Shown here: positions 46,089 through 56,424 of the stretch, one piece after another
How positions within the stretch are numbered: position 1 is the first letter of the stretch
Layout: each line of letters starts with the position of its first letter
Assembly: GCA_040771865.1 (NCBI GenBank)
Contig: JAXGZF010000004.1
Span: 62,001-126,000, forward strand
Length of the DNA stretch: 64,000 nt
Direction of reading: 5' to 3'
Source of the DNA: Desulfobacterales bacterium
GTDB lineage: Bacteria > Desulfobacterota > Desulfobacteria > Desulfobacterales > UBA2245
The notes under the pieces: model-generated
The model's database searches: none
What the model was told of the DNA's origin: nothing
The model's input: only the letters and a program-made list of their open reading frames with translations
Translations under genes and position numbers: made by a program

Positions 46089-47339
46089 ATGGCCGCCGGA
46101 AAAGGAAAACTTGGAATAAACGGACTGGGCAGAATCGGTAAACTCACAGTCTGGCACCACGTGGGCCGTAAGTATTTCAATGAGCTGGTGGTCAACATCG
46201 GACGCGAGGCGGGCAAGGGACTGTCAGACATTGCCCACTATCTGGAACGGGATTCCACCTATGGGTCGTTGCAGAGTTATCTCTACGGGTTCAAGGGAAA
46301 ACCGCTCATCGAGCAACTGGATGAGAAAAGCGGAACGATGGTGGTCGATGGAATCAAGCTGTACCTGCTCCGTTCGCAGAGAAATCCAAGAGATATTCCG
46401 TGGCGGGATCACGGAGTGAGGCTGGTTGTGGACACTACTGGATCCTTTTTGGATCCCACGCTGGCGCCGGATCATCCAAAAGGCTCGGTTCGCGGCCATA
46501 TAGAAGCCGGCGCCGACAAGGTGGTTGTGTCCGCGCCCTTTAAAATCAAGGATAAGGGAAAACCCATGCCCGAGGATGCGGTGACCACGGTCATGGGAAT
46601 CAATGCCAGCGTCTATGATGTCCGCCGGCACAGAATCATATCCAACGCCTCCTGCACCACCACCTGCCTGGCGCACATGATCAAGCCACTACTGGATCAT
46701 TTCGGTCCGAAGCGGATTCTTTCCGCATCCATGGCTACGATACATGCGGCCACAGGTTCGCAAGCGGTTCTGGATCGTCTGCCCAAGGCCGACGCCACGG
46801 ATCTGAGAAAAACACGCAGTACCAGCAACAATATCATTCTGACAAGTACCGGCGCTGCAAACGCTCTGAAGCTGGTGATTCCGGAAATGGAAGACATCCG
46901 GTTCATCGCCGAATCGGTCCGCGTACCCATCACCACGGGGTCTCTGATCATTCTGATGGTCAACATGCAGGAAAAACTTGCTTCAGAGCCCATTCGCCGC
47001 GAGACCGTCAACAGCATCTACCGGAACGCGGCTCTTCAGGATTCAAAAGGGTATCTGCTTTATTCGGAAGATCAGAACGTCTCCGGAGACATCATTGGAA
47101 CCCCCCGGGCCGCTGCGGTAATAGAGGGACATGAGACCCACACCCGCACCGCAGAGGTCAGCATTGATCTGAACAAGGTGCCTGGAGTGGAAAAATATCT
47201 CACCGGACCGCTCAAGGAAGCCGTGATTCGCGTACCCGTAACCCAGACCGTCATCTTTGGCTGGTATGACAACGAAATGGGCAGTTATGTCAACATTCTG
47301 GGAGACCGGGTCGTAACCGTTGCCGAACAGCTTTTATAA
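46089..47339 (+). CDS. Divergent, enlarged type I glyceraldehyde-3-phosphate dehydrogenase-family protein (416 aa)
   Basis: GINGLGRIG, DSTYG, SAP, NASCTTTCL, STGAA, RVP, WYDNE; AGGAGG RBS before ATG 46089. Confidence 0.9.
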   Translation: MAAGKGKLGINGLGRIGKLTVWHHVGRKYFNELVVNIGREAGKGLSDIAHYLERDSTYGSLQSYLYGFKGKPLIEQLDEKSGTMVVDGIKLYLLRSQRNPRDIPWRDHGVRLVVDTTGSFLDPTLAPDHPKGSVRGHIEAGADKVVVSAPFKIKDKGKPMPEDAVTTVMGINASVYDVRRHRIISNASCTTTCLAHMIKPLLDHFGPKRILSASMATIHAATGSQAVLDRLPKADATDLRKTRSTSNNIILTSTGAANALKLVIPEMEDIRFIAESVRVPITTGSLIILMVNMQEKLASEPIRRETVNSIYRNAALQDSKGYLLYSEDQNVSGDIIGTPRAAAVIEGHETHTRTAEVSIDLNKVPGVEKYLTGPLKEAVIRVPVTQTVIFGWYDNEMGSYVNILGDRVVTVAEQLL

Positions 47340-48206
47340 AGGATTTGATTCTTCTCCGGGGAAAAAGATTCCGCTGGCGATCATCTGGTTGCTCAGGCGA
47401 ACGAACTCTTCGACGGTCAGGGTTTCAGCCCGGCGGCCGGTGTCGATGCCCGCCTGATGGAGAACCTCGAAACCGGCCGAATCCAGATGCAGTTCACTTC
47501 CGGCCAGCGCATTTCGCATGGTTTTTCGCCGGTGTCCGAATGCGGCTTTGATTACCTTGAAGAGGTGCCTTTCATCAATGGCCGGATAGCGGGGTTCCAG
47601 AAAATCGATGGCCAGGACCGTGGAGTCCACCTTGGGCCTGGGATGAAACTGGGAGGCACTGATCTGGAGGATAGGACGCACTTCCGCGCAATAGGCCGTC
47701 ATGGCCGTCAACCGGCCGTAATCCTTTCCGCCCGGTTTTGCGCTGATCCGCTGTGCAAGCTCTTTTTGAAGCATGACCACGGCCCGGTATACCGCTTGTC
47801 GAAAGCGGATCAGCTTGACGATGATCTGGGATGAGATATTGTAAGGCAGATTGCCCATGACCCACAGCCTGCCGCTTTCACGCTCCGCCAGCGGTATGAG
47901 GTCAAGTTTCAAAATGTCAGCTTCCAGTATGGTTACATTGTCGATGTGTTGAGCCAGAAGCTCGGCGCTCAGAATTTGAATCAGATCACGGTCCTTCTCG
48001 ATCGCGTAGACCTTTTTTGCGGCGCGTGCCGCCGGAATGGTCAGAGCGCCGAATCCGGCCCCGATTTCCAGAACCGCATCATCTTTTGATACTCCTGAAC
48101 GACTGACGATCATTTCGGTTGTTGAAGGATCTTTGAGAAAGTTCTGCCCGAATTTTTTTTTGGCGTGAAGGTTCCATGCCTTCAGCAGCGTAACCGGGGA
48201 TGTCAT
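47334..48206 (-). CDS. rsmA: 16S rRNA adenine dimethyltransferase
   Basis: KKFGQNFL, LEIGAG, GNLPYNIS, MLQKE, PRPKVDS, RRKT, RAETL; ATG at 48206. Confidence 0.96.
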   Translation of the reverse strand: MTSPVTLLKAWNLHAKKKFGQNFLKDPSTTEMIVSRSGVSKDDAVLEIGAGFGALTIPAARAAKKVYAIEKDRDLIQILSAELLAQHIDNVTILEADILKLDLIPLAERESGRLWVMGNLPYNISSQIIVKLIRFRQAVYRAVVMLQKELAQRISAKPGGKDYGRLTAMTAYCAEVRPILQISASQFHPRPKVDSTVLAIDFLEPRYPAIDERHLFKVIKAAFGHRRKTMRNALAGSELHLDSAGFEVLHQAGIDTGRRAETLTVEEFVRLSNQMIASGIFFPGEESNPL

Positions 48207-48541
48207 GCTGTGTATGGCGCTCCTTTTGCGGCTATGAATTCTGGCGGTCCGTTGAGTAACCCGGGTTTGACGATATACAGCCCGTTCGAAGACCGAATTC
48301 AGAAAAATTGTACCCAGCCTATTAGCATGGAATCCGTTGGGTTTCAATTCCTGTACGAAAACGAATTTCGATGTCTTGTTGCGCGGGGCCGAATGCCTAC
48401 ATGGGAAAAACCCGCATTCACCGAATAGGCGACTTGGCGTTCGAACAAGTTTTTCAGATGTCTTGGTTCGGTTCCTTAGAAAGAAATAATACTGGGATGT
48501 CGCGATCATTTTTTTTAATGTAAATATGGCATTATGAGTTC

Positions 48542-48570
48542 TTGACTTTTCCTACATTGTCCATTAGGTT
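48542..48570 (+). promoter_or_regulatory. Putative sigma70 promoter
   Basis: TTGACT-N17-TAGGTT about 70 bp upstream of the 48641 CDS. Confidence 0.45.
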
Positions 48571-48640
48571 AATTTTATTAATAGCTCATAATCAGTCATG
48601 CGCGGGTTAAAAATCAGTCTGCAAAATTTAGGAGGTCAAC

Positions 48641-49018
48641 ATGATCAAAAGAAGAACAAAAAGCGTCAGTTTCGATGCCATGGTAAAATTTTTTATGCAC
48701 AACTACGGAATTCCAACCAAAAAAGACATTGATAAACTGCTCAAACGGCTGGATCGCTTGGAGAAAAGCATTAAAACCGCGGCCGGAGCCAGGGTCCGAC
48801 GCGTTCCCCGCGGAGCTGAAAGGGAAGCCGGAGCTTCGCCGGCTTCTGCTTCTGATGCGGTGCTTGAAATCGTTCGAAACCACAAGGAAGGCATCGGATT
48901 CAACGAACTTCAGTCAGCGACCGGATTCGGAGAAAAAAAGCTTCGCAACATCATTTTCCGGCTCAACAAGATTCAGAAAATTACCCGCAAAAGCCGCGGC
49001 ACCTATATTGCCGCATAA
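48641..49018 (+). CDS. Basic hypothetical protein: coiled coil plus a winged-helix-like C-terminus
   Basis: AGGAGG RBS; IPTKKDIDKLLKRLDRLE; C-terminal VLEIV...GIGFNEL...TGF.EKKLRNIIFRL...RGTY. Confidence 0.8.
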   Translation: MIKRRTKSVSFDAMVKFFMHNYGIPTKKDIDKLLKRLDRLEKSIKTAAGARVRRVPRGAEREAGASPASASDAVLEIVRNHKEGIGFNELQSATGFGEKKLRNIIFRLNKIQKITRKSRGTYIAA

Positions 49019-49093
49019 GAAACAAGCCGACGCGTTCAGGAAGATGATGCTGCATGCTTATCTGTGCCATTGGTGTTTTATGCGGCGGTGAAA

Positions 49094-52057
49094 ATGGGTA
49101 GTCAGGATCAGAGCCATCGGGATATCAGGGACCAGCGCATCTGTAATTACCGCATGTTGCGCATGGAAACGCTGAAAGAGATTCGGTGCGTGTTTTATGA
49201 GCTGGAACACGAACCCACCGGCGCAAAGCATATCCACATCGCCAACGAGGATCGGGAGAATACCTTCGGGGTTGGTTTTAAAACCGTTCCCGAGGATTCC
49301 ACCGGTGTTGCCCATATTCTGGAGCATACCGTGCTGTGCGGTTCTCGGCGGTTTCCGGTTCGGGATCCCTTCTTTTCGATGCTCAAACGAAGCCTGAGTA
49401 CCTTTATGAACGCCTTTACGGCTTCAGACTGGACCATGTATCCTTTTTCGACGCAGAATCGGAAGGATTTTTACAACCTCATGGATGTCTACCTTGACGC
49501 CGTTTTTTTCCCAAAGCTGGATGCCTTGAGTTTTAAGCAGGAGGGGTGCCGGCTCGAGGTTGAATTCGAGAAGGATGGATCTTGGAAACTGGTCTACAAG
49601 GGCGTGGTGTTCAACGAGATGAAAGGCGCGATGTCTTCGCCTGATCAGGTAATGGTTCGATCCCTGCTTAACGCCCTGTATCCCGCAACCACCTATCGGC
49701 ACAATTCAGGCGGTGATCCTCGGGAGATTCCTTCTCTGAGCCATGATCATCTGATCGCCTTTCATCGCAGGCACTATCATCCGAGCAACGCCTTTTTTTA
49801 CACCTATGGCTGTCTGCCGCTCGAAGATCATCTGGCTTTTATCGACCGGACCATTTTAAGCCAGTTTCAGCGCATCGATCCCAAAACACAGGTGGCATCC
49901 CAGCCTCGATGGAATCGTCCCAGGATCGTTGAGTACGCATACCCGCTTTCGTCCGGGGAAGATGCAACTCGAAAGGCCCAGGTGAGCGTGGCCTGGCTGA
50001 TGTCCGATATTCAGAACGCCTTTGAGGTTCTTGCTCTGGCGCTTCTTGAATCCATTCTGCTGGGAAATGCCGCAGCGCCTCTGAGAAGGGCTCTGATCGA
50101 TTCCGGCCTCGGATCAGCTCTTTCCGACGGGACCGGTTTTGACGCCGACAACCGCGACACCTTTTTTTCATGCGGGTTAAAAGATGTCAGTGCCGAGGAT
50201 GCCGAAAGAATCGAAGACATTATCTTCGGCTCTCTTCAGGTACTTTCTGAAAAAGGCATTGAGCGTGAGCTGATCGAAGCGGCCATCCATCAGATGGAGT
50301 TTCACCGGAAGGAAGTGACCAATCAGCCATATCCTTACGGTCTCAAGCTGCTGTTTTCCTTTTTCAGCCCCTGGATTCACGGAGCGGATCCGGTCAGAAT
50401 TCTTCGATTTGACCAGGATCTGCAGAAAATATGCAGGGAGGTTGAACGCGGGGGTTTTTTTGAAGCATTGATTCGCCGGTATTTTCTTGAAAATTCACAC
50501 CGGATACGGATGATTCTGAAACCGGATTCGGGTCTGGAAGAAAGTCAGAACCGCCATTTTTTCGAACATCTCGCCCGAATCAAGGACGCTTTGAATGAGG
50601 CGGACCGGATCAGGATTCAGAAAGATGCCGAAACCTTAATGATTCTTCAGGAGTCCAAGGAGAATCTTTCCTCCCTGCCCACCCTGTCCATTGAAGATAT
50701 TCCTCCGCACACCGAGATTATCCGGGAGAATGCCGTCATTCATCCCGTGAGCTGCTATCACCGGCCGACAGTCGGCATTTATTATTTCAGCGCCGCCATG
50801 GGAGCCGGAGCCCTGTTGCCGGATCAGCTTCCGCTGGTGCCTTTTTTTTGCTACGCTTTTTCCCGTTGCGGCACGGTTCATTTCGATTATGCGCAGATGG
50901 CCCGGCGTGTTTCCGCTTATACCGGAGGAATAGGAATGGCCGCACATGCGCAGACCCGGTTCGATGCCCGAAATGACTGCCTGCCTTATGCCGGTCTGGA
51001 CGCCAAATGCCTGGTTCGAAACATCGACAGGATGTATGAAATTCTCAATGAGCTGATTTACGGCTACCGCTTTTCAGACATAGTGCGGCTTCGGAATCTG
51101 CTTCTGGAATACCGGGCCGGAATGGAGGCGTCCGTGGTTCGAAACGGGCACCGGCTGGCCATGTCTCTGGCGGCCAGGAACTTTTCGGTTTCAAGATGCC
51201 TAAGCGAAATCTGGTACGGCATTCATCACTTGGAAACCATCAAATCGATGGCTCATGATCTTTCAGACGCATCTCTCGAGAAGATCGGCGAGCAGTTGAG
51301 CAATCTGGGCCGAGCGCTTTTTTCAAAAACCAATGTTCAGGTAGCCCTGATCGGAGAGGATTCCGTCGTTCCCGATACCGTTAAGACCGCTCAGGATCTT
51401 TTCTCGGAATTGCCTTCGAGTGGCGACGGTTTTATTGCTCCAGAACTTTCCATGGATCCGGAACCGCTTCGGGAGGGGTGGATCACTGCTTCGCACGTAT
51501 CCTTTGTGGCCCGCGCTTTTGAAACCGTCGGCATTCGGCATCAGGACGCACCTGCCCTGGCGGTGATCGGAAAAATGCTTCGTTCCCTCTTCCTGCACCG
51601 TGAGATCCGTGAAAAAGGAGGTGCATACGGCGGATTTGCTCAGTATTCTTCCGAAGACGGTCTTTTTTGTTTCGCTTCTTATCGTGACCCCCACATTGTA
51701 TCCACGCTGGACGCATTTGAGCGGGCATCGGATTTTATCCGCGGGTCCGAAAACTATGGAAAAGAGGACATAAAAGAGTCCATTTTGCAGGTGTGTTCGG
51801 ATATCGATCGGCCGGATGCGCCGGGCGCTTCGGCCCGAAAGGCTTTTGCCCGGAAGCTGGTGGGTTTGACGGATGAGATCCGTCAGGAATTCAAGCGAAA
51901 ACTTCTGACCCTCACCTTGAAGCAGATTGCGGAGGCGGCGCAACGGCATTTTGGCGGCGACCGTCCGGCGTCGGTGGCCGTAATCTCAGGAGAAAGCCAA
52001 CTGGCCCAGGCCAATTCAAAACTGGTTCAATCCCCTCTGAAAATTCGCAAAATATAG
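49094..52057 (+). CDS. M16C (PreP/insulinase-family) zinc metallopeptidase
   Basis: GVAHILEHTVLCGS (HxxEH), FMNAFT, GVVFNEMKG, YHPSN, IREKGGAYG, SYRDP. Confidence 0.95.
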   Translation: MGSQDQSHRDIRDQRICNYRMLRMETLKEIRCVFYELEHEPTGAKHIHIANEDRENTFGVGFKTVPEDSTGVAHILEHTVLCGSRRFPVRDPFFSMLKRSLSTFMNAFTASDWTMYPFSTQNRKDFYNLMDVYLDAVFFPKLDALSFKQEGCRLEVEFEKDGSWKLVYKGVVFNEMKGAMSSPDQVMVRSLLNALYPATTYRHNSGGDPREIPSLSHDHLIAFHRRHYHPSNAFFYTYGCLPLEDHLAFIDRTILSQFQRIDPKTQVASQPRWNRPRIVEYAYPLSSGEDATRKAQVSVAWLMSDIQNAFEVLALALLESILLGNAAAPLRRALIDSGLGSALSDGTGFDADNRDTFFSCGLKDVSAEDAERIEDIIFGSLQVLSEKGIERELIEAAIHQMEFHRKEVTNQPYPYGLKLLFSFFSPWIHGADPVRILRFDQDLQKICREVERGGFFEALIRRYFLENSHRIRMILKPDSGLEESQNRHFFEHLARIKDALNEADRIRIQKDAETLMILQESKENLSSLPTLSIEDIPPHTEIIRENAVIHPVSCYHRPTVGIYYFSAAMGAGALLPDQLPLVPFFCYAFSRCGTVHFDYAQMARRVSAYTGGIGMAAHAQTRFDARNDCLPYAGLDAKCLVRNIDRMYEILNELIYGYRFSDIVRLRNLLLEYRAGMEASVVRNGHRLAMSLAARNFSVSRCLSEIWYGIHHLETIKSMAHDLSDASLEKIGEQLSNLGRALFSKTNVQVALIGEDSVVPDTVKTAQDLFSELPSSGDGFIAPELSMDPEPLREGWITASHVSFVARAFETVGIRHQDAPALAVIGKMLRSLFLHREIREKGGAYGGFAQYSSEDGLFCFASYRDPHIVSTLDAFERASDFIRGSENYGKEDIKESILQVCSDIDRPDAPGASARKAFARKLVGLTDEIRQEFKRKLLTLTLKQIAEAAQRHFGGDRPASVAVISGESQLAQANSKLVQSPLKIRKI

Positions 52058-52065
52058 CATGGCCC

Positions 52066-52953
52066 TTATCTGAGAAGTTTTTCAAGCTCCAGGGCAGCCT
52101 GAGCGCTCAGGCTTTTTTTGGCCAATGCAATTGAAACCGTGTGTCGGCCGAGGGTTTTATACAGCTCCAGCAGTTGGGGTGCCTGATCTTGAATCTGTTC
52201 CAGGTGGCGGGCCACGATCTGGCTGTCTCCGCGGGCGATGGGACCGGTCAGGGCTTCAGGAATACCTACCTTTTCAATGTTTGCGAGGGTTCCATGAATC
52301 AGGGGCGACATGGCCTTCAGTGCCTCGCTTCTGGCGATTCCGGCTGGTTCGGCCAGACCGAAGACAAGATCCATCAGCGTGACCAGATAATTTGAGGCAA
52401 CAACCGCCGCGGCATGGTAAAGCATCTTGGCCCGGGTCTGAATTTGCATGCAGACCGCCCCCAGATCCTCGCTCATCGTCCGGGATGCTTCAACTGCTCT
52501 GGAATCGCCTTCCACGGAAATAATGATCTGTAAAAAAGGATTTTCTCGAATTTCGATCGAGGCAAAGCTTTGAAGCGGATGCATGGAACCGACAAAGGCG
52601 CCGGCATCTGCGGCGCTTTTGAGAATGTCCGAGGAAAGCGCACCGCTGCAGTGAAGCACAATGGCGCCCGGAGAAAAGCCCTGGTTTTGCGCGATGGCAT
52701 TGCACGTTGCCTCAATGGCGGTGTCGGGGGTTGTTATAAACACGATTTGTGCATCTGCACTAATCTGCCAAGGCGATTCCGAAAACCGGTGGTTGTTTGC
52801 AAGAGTTGCCAGTCTTCGAGCCGAGGCCAGAGTCCTGCTGGCAAACCCGACGGGCCGGTAGCCTTTTTCCAGAAGAAATAATGTCAGCGCTGTTCCGACT
52901 TTTCCGCATCCGACAACGGCAAAACCCGGTTTGATCAATGTCGATTCAATCAT
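52066..52953 (-). CDS. Rossmann-like + DUF2520 oxidoreductase, probable PanG-type ketopantoate reductase
   Basis: GCGKVG, HCSGA, HPLQSF, YHAAAVVASN, LTGPIARGD; directly downstream of panB. Confidence 0.85.
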   Translation of the reverse strand: MIESTLIKPGFAVVGCGKVGTALTLFLLEKGYRPVGFASRTLASARRLATLANNHRFSESPWQISADAQIVFITTPDTAIEATCNAIAQNQGFSPGAIVLHCSGALSSDILKSAADAGAFVGSMHPLQSFASIEIRENPFLQIIISVEGDSRAVEASRTMSEDLGAVCMQIQTRAKMLYHAAAVVASNYLVTLMDLVFGLAEPAGIARSEALKAMSPLIHGTLANIEKVGIPEALTGPIARGDSQIVARHLEQIQDQAPQLLELYKTLGRHTVSIALAKKSLSAQAALELEKLLR

Positions 52954-53018
52954 AAAAAAGCTGCCTGTGACTTCATTTGTCCGGAGAGCCGATGTTGCCG
53001 GTCACTTATTCCGGTTTT

Positions 53019-53807
53019 TCAGTAGCAGTGCTCCTCGGCGGGAAAGCGGGAGAGTTGGACCTCTTCCACATACTGTTTTATGGCCCTTCGGGCTTCCTGG
53101 CCAAGTGTTGCGTACTGCTTGACAAATTTCGGAAGCCGGCCCTCATTGATACCCAGAAGATCATGCAGAACCAGAATCTGACCATCGCAGTCCGGACCCG
53201 CGCCGATGCCGATGGTGGGTATTTTCAGCGCTTTGGTGATCTTGGCGGCGATGTACGCCGGAATGCCTTCCAGAACGACCGAAAAGGCGCCGGCCGCTTC
53301 GACCTTCAACGCATCGGCCATCAGCCGGTCTTCATCCCGCTGGACCTTGTAGCCGCCCATCTGGTGAACGGACTGGGGTGTGAGTCCAATGTGGGCCTGC
53401 ACTGGAATTCCAACCTTGACAACGGCCTCGATGATGTGGCTGACTGCGGCACCGCCCTCCAGCTTGATCGCCGAAGCCCGAGTTTCCTTGAGAAAACGCC
53501 CAGCATTGGCGATGGCATCCGCCATGCCCGTCTGGTAAGACATAAATGGCATGTCCCCCACCACGATGGCGTTGCTGCAGGCTCTGGCCACGATTCGGGT
53601 GTGGTAGATCATCTCATCCATGGTCACCGGAAGGGTGCTGCACTCGCCCTGAACCACCATGCCAAGGGAGTCTCCCACCAGAATCATGTGAACGCCGGAT
53701 TCATCGACCATTTTGGCAAACGGAAAATCATAAGCGGTTAATGCGGCGATTTTTTCGCCTCGTTCCTTCATCTTGAAAAGTTTTGGAACCGTTATTTGCG
53801 ATTGCAT
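53019..53807 (-). CDS. panB: 3-methyl-2-oxobutanoate hydroxymethyltransferase
   Basis: [43 protein letters not shown]. Confidence 0.97.
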   Translation of the reverse strand: MQSQITVPKLFKMKERGEKIAALTAYDFPFAKMVDESGVHMILVGDSLGMVVQGECSTLPVTMDEMIYHTRIVARACSNAIVVGDMPFMSYQTGMADAIANAGRFLKETRASAIKLEGGAAVSHIIEAVVKVGIPVQAHIGLTPQSVHQMGGYKVQRDEDRLMADALKVEAAGAFSVVLEGIPAYIAAKITKALKIPTIGIGAGPDCDGQILVLHDLLGINEGRLPKFVKQYATLGQEARRAIKQYVEEVQLSRFPAEEHCY

Positions 53808-54174
53808 GATGAAATCCTCTCCTTAGTTAAGGTTATGTCTCATACCTAACAACCCATCACCGATGCTGTCAAGAAGGAAGACCTTTGCTCAAGCAAGCGG
53901 AACAGTATAATCAAAAATTTGTATATTGCATAACCTTTTTACTATTGTTTATATATGAAAATAACTGACTGTAATTTAAAAAGAAAGAGAAAATACTTCA
54001 AGGTGGGATTTAGTGAAGATTGCACAGGCAGTCCAAGTTGGTTGCGGGTGTGTAATGAACGGCGACAGCCCGCTCCGCGGGACAGGCTGCCGCCGAACAA
54101 CGAAACAACAGGCAAAACTTCGCCGGGCTGCTGATCGAGCGCCGTTGATCGAATTCAGCGGCCTGGCGAAACCG

Positions 54175-55587
54175 TTAGATATCGAAGTAGAGGAAGAATT
54201 CGTGGGGATGGGGTCTGAGTTTGACCGGATCGACCTCGTTTGCCGTTTTGTATTCGATCCACTTGTCGATGACGTCCCGGGTGAACACATCTCCCTTGAG
54301 CAGAAATTCATGATCCGCCGCGAGCGCTTTCAGGGCCTCCTCCAGGGAGCCCGGCGCCGTCGGAATTTTGCTCAGCTCCTCGGGCGGCAGGTTGTAGATG
54401 TTCTTGTCCAGAGGCTCGCCCGGATCGATCCGGTTCTCGATTCCGTCGATCACCGCCATGAGTATGGCCGAAAACGCCAGATACCCGTTGCAGGACGGAT
54501 CCGGCGTACGGAACTCGAGGCGCTTGGCCTTGGGCGAGGATGAATACATCGGAATCCGGATCGAAGCGCTGCGGTTCCGGCTCGAATAGGCCAGGTTCAC
54601 CGGCGCCTCGTAGCCCGGCACCAGACGCTTGTAAGAGTTGGTCGTCGGATTGGTGAACGCGCACAGGGCCGGACAGTGCTTCAGAATGCCCCCGATGGCG
54701 TAAAGCGCCTCCTGGGATACCCCCGCATACTTGTCGCCGGCAAACATCGGCTTGCCCTCTTTCCAGATGCTGACATGCACGTGCATGCCCGTGCCGTTGT
54801 CTCCGTAAAGCGGCTTGGGCATGAAGGTCACCGTCCGGTTGTGGCGGTAGGCCACGTTCTTGAGAACGTATTTAAACCACATCAGCTGATCGCCCATCTG
54901 AACCAGGGGCTTGAACCGCATGTCGATTTCCGCCTGGCCGGCCGTCGCCACCTCGTGGTGCTGGCATTCCACGTCGATGCCCAGACCTTCCAGCGTCAGC
55001 AGCATCTCGGTGCGAAGATCCTGAAACTTGTCCGTGGGAGGAACCGGGAAATAACCTTCCTTGTGGCGGGGCTTGTACCCCAGGTTCGGACCTTCTTCCC
55101 GTCCCGAGTTCCAGATGCCTGAAATCGAATCGATGGCGTAGAAGCTCTCGTTGACCCCGGATTTGAACCGAATGTCGTCGAAGATGAAGAATTCCGCCTC
55201 AGGTCCGAAATAGGCCGTATCCCCGATTCCGGTGCTTTTCAGGTAGGCCTCGGCCTTGCGGCCGATGTACCGCGGGTCACGGCTGTAAGGTTCCCGGGTG
55301 GTGGGGTCCACCACGTCGCCGATCAGCACCAGGGTCGGCACCTCGAAAAACGGGTCGATCCTGGCCGTGGACGGGTCCGGAATCACCAGCATGTCGCTGG
55401 CGTGAATCGGCTGCCACCCGCGAATGCTCGATCCGTCAAATCCAAAACCATCCTCAAACGCCGACACCTCCAGCTCGCAAAGCGGCACGGTAAAATGCTG
55501 CCATACCCCCGGAAAATCCAGAAACCGAATGTCCACCACCCTGGCCCCTTTGGCCCGGGCCATCTCCAATACCTTCTCAGGCGTCAT
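54175..55587 (-). CDS. glnA: Glutamine synthetase type I
   Basis: [45 protein letters not shown], adenylylation-site region DKNIY. Confidence 0.98.
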   Translation of the reverse strand: MTPEKVLEMARAKGARVVDIRFLDFPGVWQHFTVPLCELEVSAFEDGFGFDGSSIRGWQPIHASDMLVIPDPSTARIDPFFEVPTLVLIGDVVDPTTREPYSRDPRYIGRKAEAYLKSTGIGDTAYFGPEAEFFIFDDIRFKSGVNESFYAIDSISGIWNSGREEGPNLGYKPRHKEGYFPVPPTDKFQDLRTEMLLTLEGLGIDVECQHHEVATAGQAEIDMRFKPLVQMGDQLMWFKYVLKNVAYRHNRTVTFMPKPLYGDNGTGMHVHVSIWKEGKPMFAGDKYAGVSQEALYAIGGILKHCPALCAFTNPTTNSYKRLVPGYEAPVNLAYSSRNRSASIRIPMYSSSPKAKRLEFRTPDPSCNGYLAFSAILMAVIDGIENRIDPGEPLDKNIYNLPPEELSKIPTAPGSLEEALKALAADHEFLLKGDVFTRDVIDKWIEYKTANEVDPVKLRPHPHEFFLYFDI

Positions 55588-55669
55588 AAATAACTCCTTT
55601 CATAAACAGATATAATTGTATTGAATTTTGTCGCTTGGAAGTAACCGTTAACATGCCATTTAGAAATAC

Positions 55670-55685
55670 AGCAACGCTCGTGCCA
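55670..55685 (-). promoter_or_regulatory. Sigma54 (-24/-12) promoter of glnA
   Basis: Minus strand TGGCAC-GAGCG-TTGCT, a full consensus match about 85 bp upstream of the ATG. Confidence 0.9.
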
Positions 55686-55953
55686 GTTTTACCGGAATCA
55701 ATTTATTCTTTTTGATTCATGTAGTTGAAAAATTTCTGTTCCCGGTGCCGCGGAAATTGATTCTACAAAACTGTTAAATCCTGAAGAATTTATTCCAATT
55801 TTGTGGGTAAAAGACCCCGATCATTTCATTCGCTTTTCGGTATTTGAGTTTCATGCTATACAATTCACTTATCTGTGGACAAATGTTCGCCTCTGAATTC
55901 TAAAATTCCGGTAATAACGCCCGTAAACAGAAGCCTAATGCTGCAACACGAGG

Positions 55954-56409
55954 ATGTTCGTCATGAGAACAGAGGCCTTTGAACTTTCGGCTTATCCGAA
56001 TCATCCGGTTCTGGCGGTTGGCGCCATCGTATTTAACAGCGGTCGTGTTTTGATGGTGCGGCGAGGCCGCCCTCCTGCCGAGAATCTCTGGGCCATTCCG
56101 GGAGGCAAGGTCAGATTGGGCGAATCGCTTCAGCAAAGTGTGGAACGGGAAGTTCTGGAAGAAACCGGCCTTATTGTCCGTGCAGGCAGGCCGGTATACA
56201 CATTTGATCTGATTGAACGCGATTCGGAAGGAATCATCCGGTTTCATTACGTCATCGTGGATCTCTGCGCCGAACTTGCCGGAGGGGTTCTGCAAGCAGG
56301 GGACGATGCCCGGGAAGCACGATGGATTGCCGCAGAAGAATTGCCCTCGCTGAATGTCAGCCGCACGACGATCGATATGCTCAGGGATTGCTTCCAGTTC
56401 GGAATATAA
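55954..56409 (+). CDS. NUDIX hydrolase
   Basis: Nudix box GGKVRLGESLQQSVEREVLEETGL; AGDDA. Confidence 0.92.
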   Translation: MFVMRTEAFELSAYPNHPVLAVGAIVFNSGRVLMVRRGRPPAENLWAIPGGKVRLGESLQQSVEREVLEETGLIVRAGRPVYTFDLIERDSEGIIRFHYVIVDLCAELAGGVLQAGDDAREARWIAAEELPSLNVSRTTIDMLRDCFQFGI

Positions 56410-56424
56410 CTTTCACGCAGGCAG

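Noticed and set aside
48207..48509. 100-aa N-terminal extension of RsmA in the ORF track (similarly the MerR extension to 15373 and the MFS extension to 57717)
   Set aside because: Family similarity begins at downstream ATGs, and the extensions cross promoter regions or neighbouring genes.
53826..53850. GTT...AAC imperfect hairpin as an attC site
   Set aside because: Too short, and the core sites are in the wrong order. It lies in the panB promoter/leader.
54175..55587. glnA looks more GC-rich than its flanks, suggesting horizontal transfer
   Set aside because: Equally explained by codon bias of a highly expressed gene. No mobility signatures, and I did not quantify the difference.
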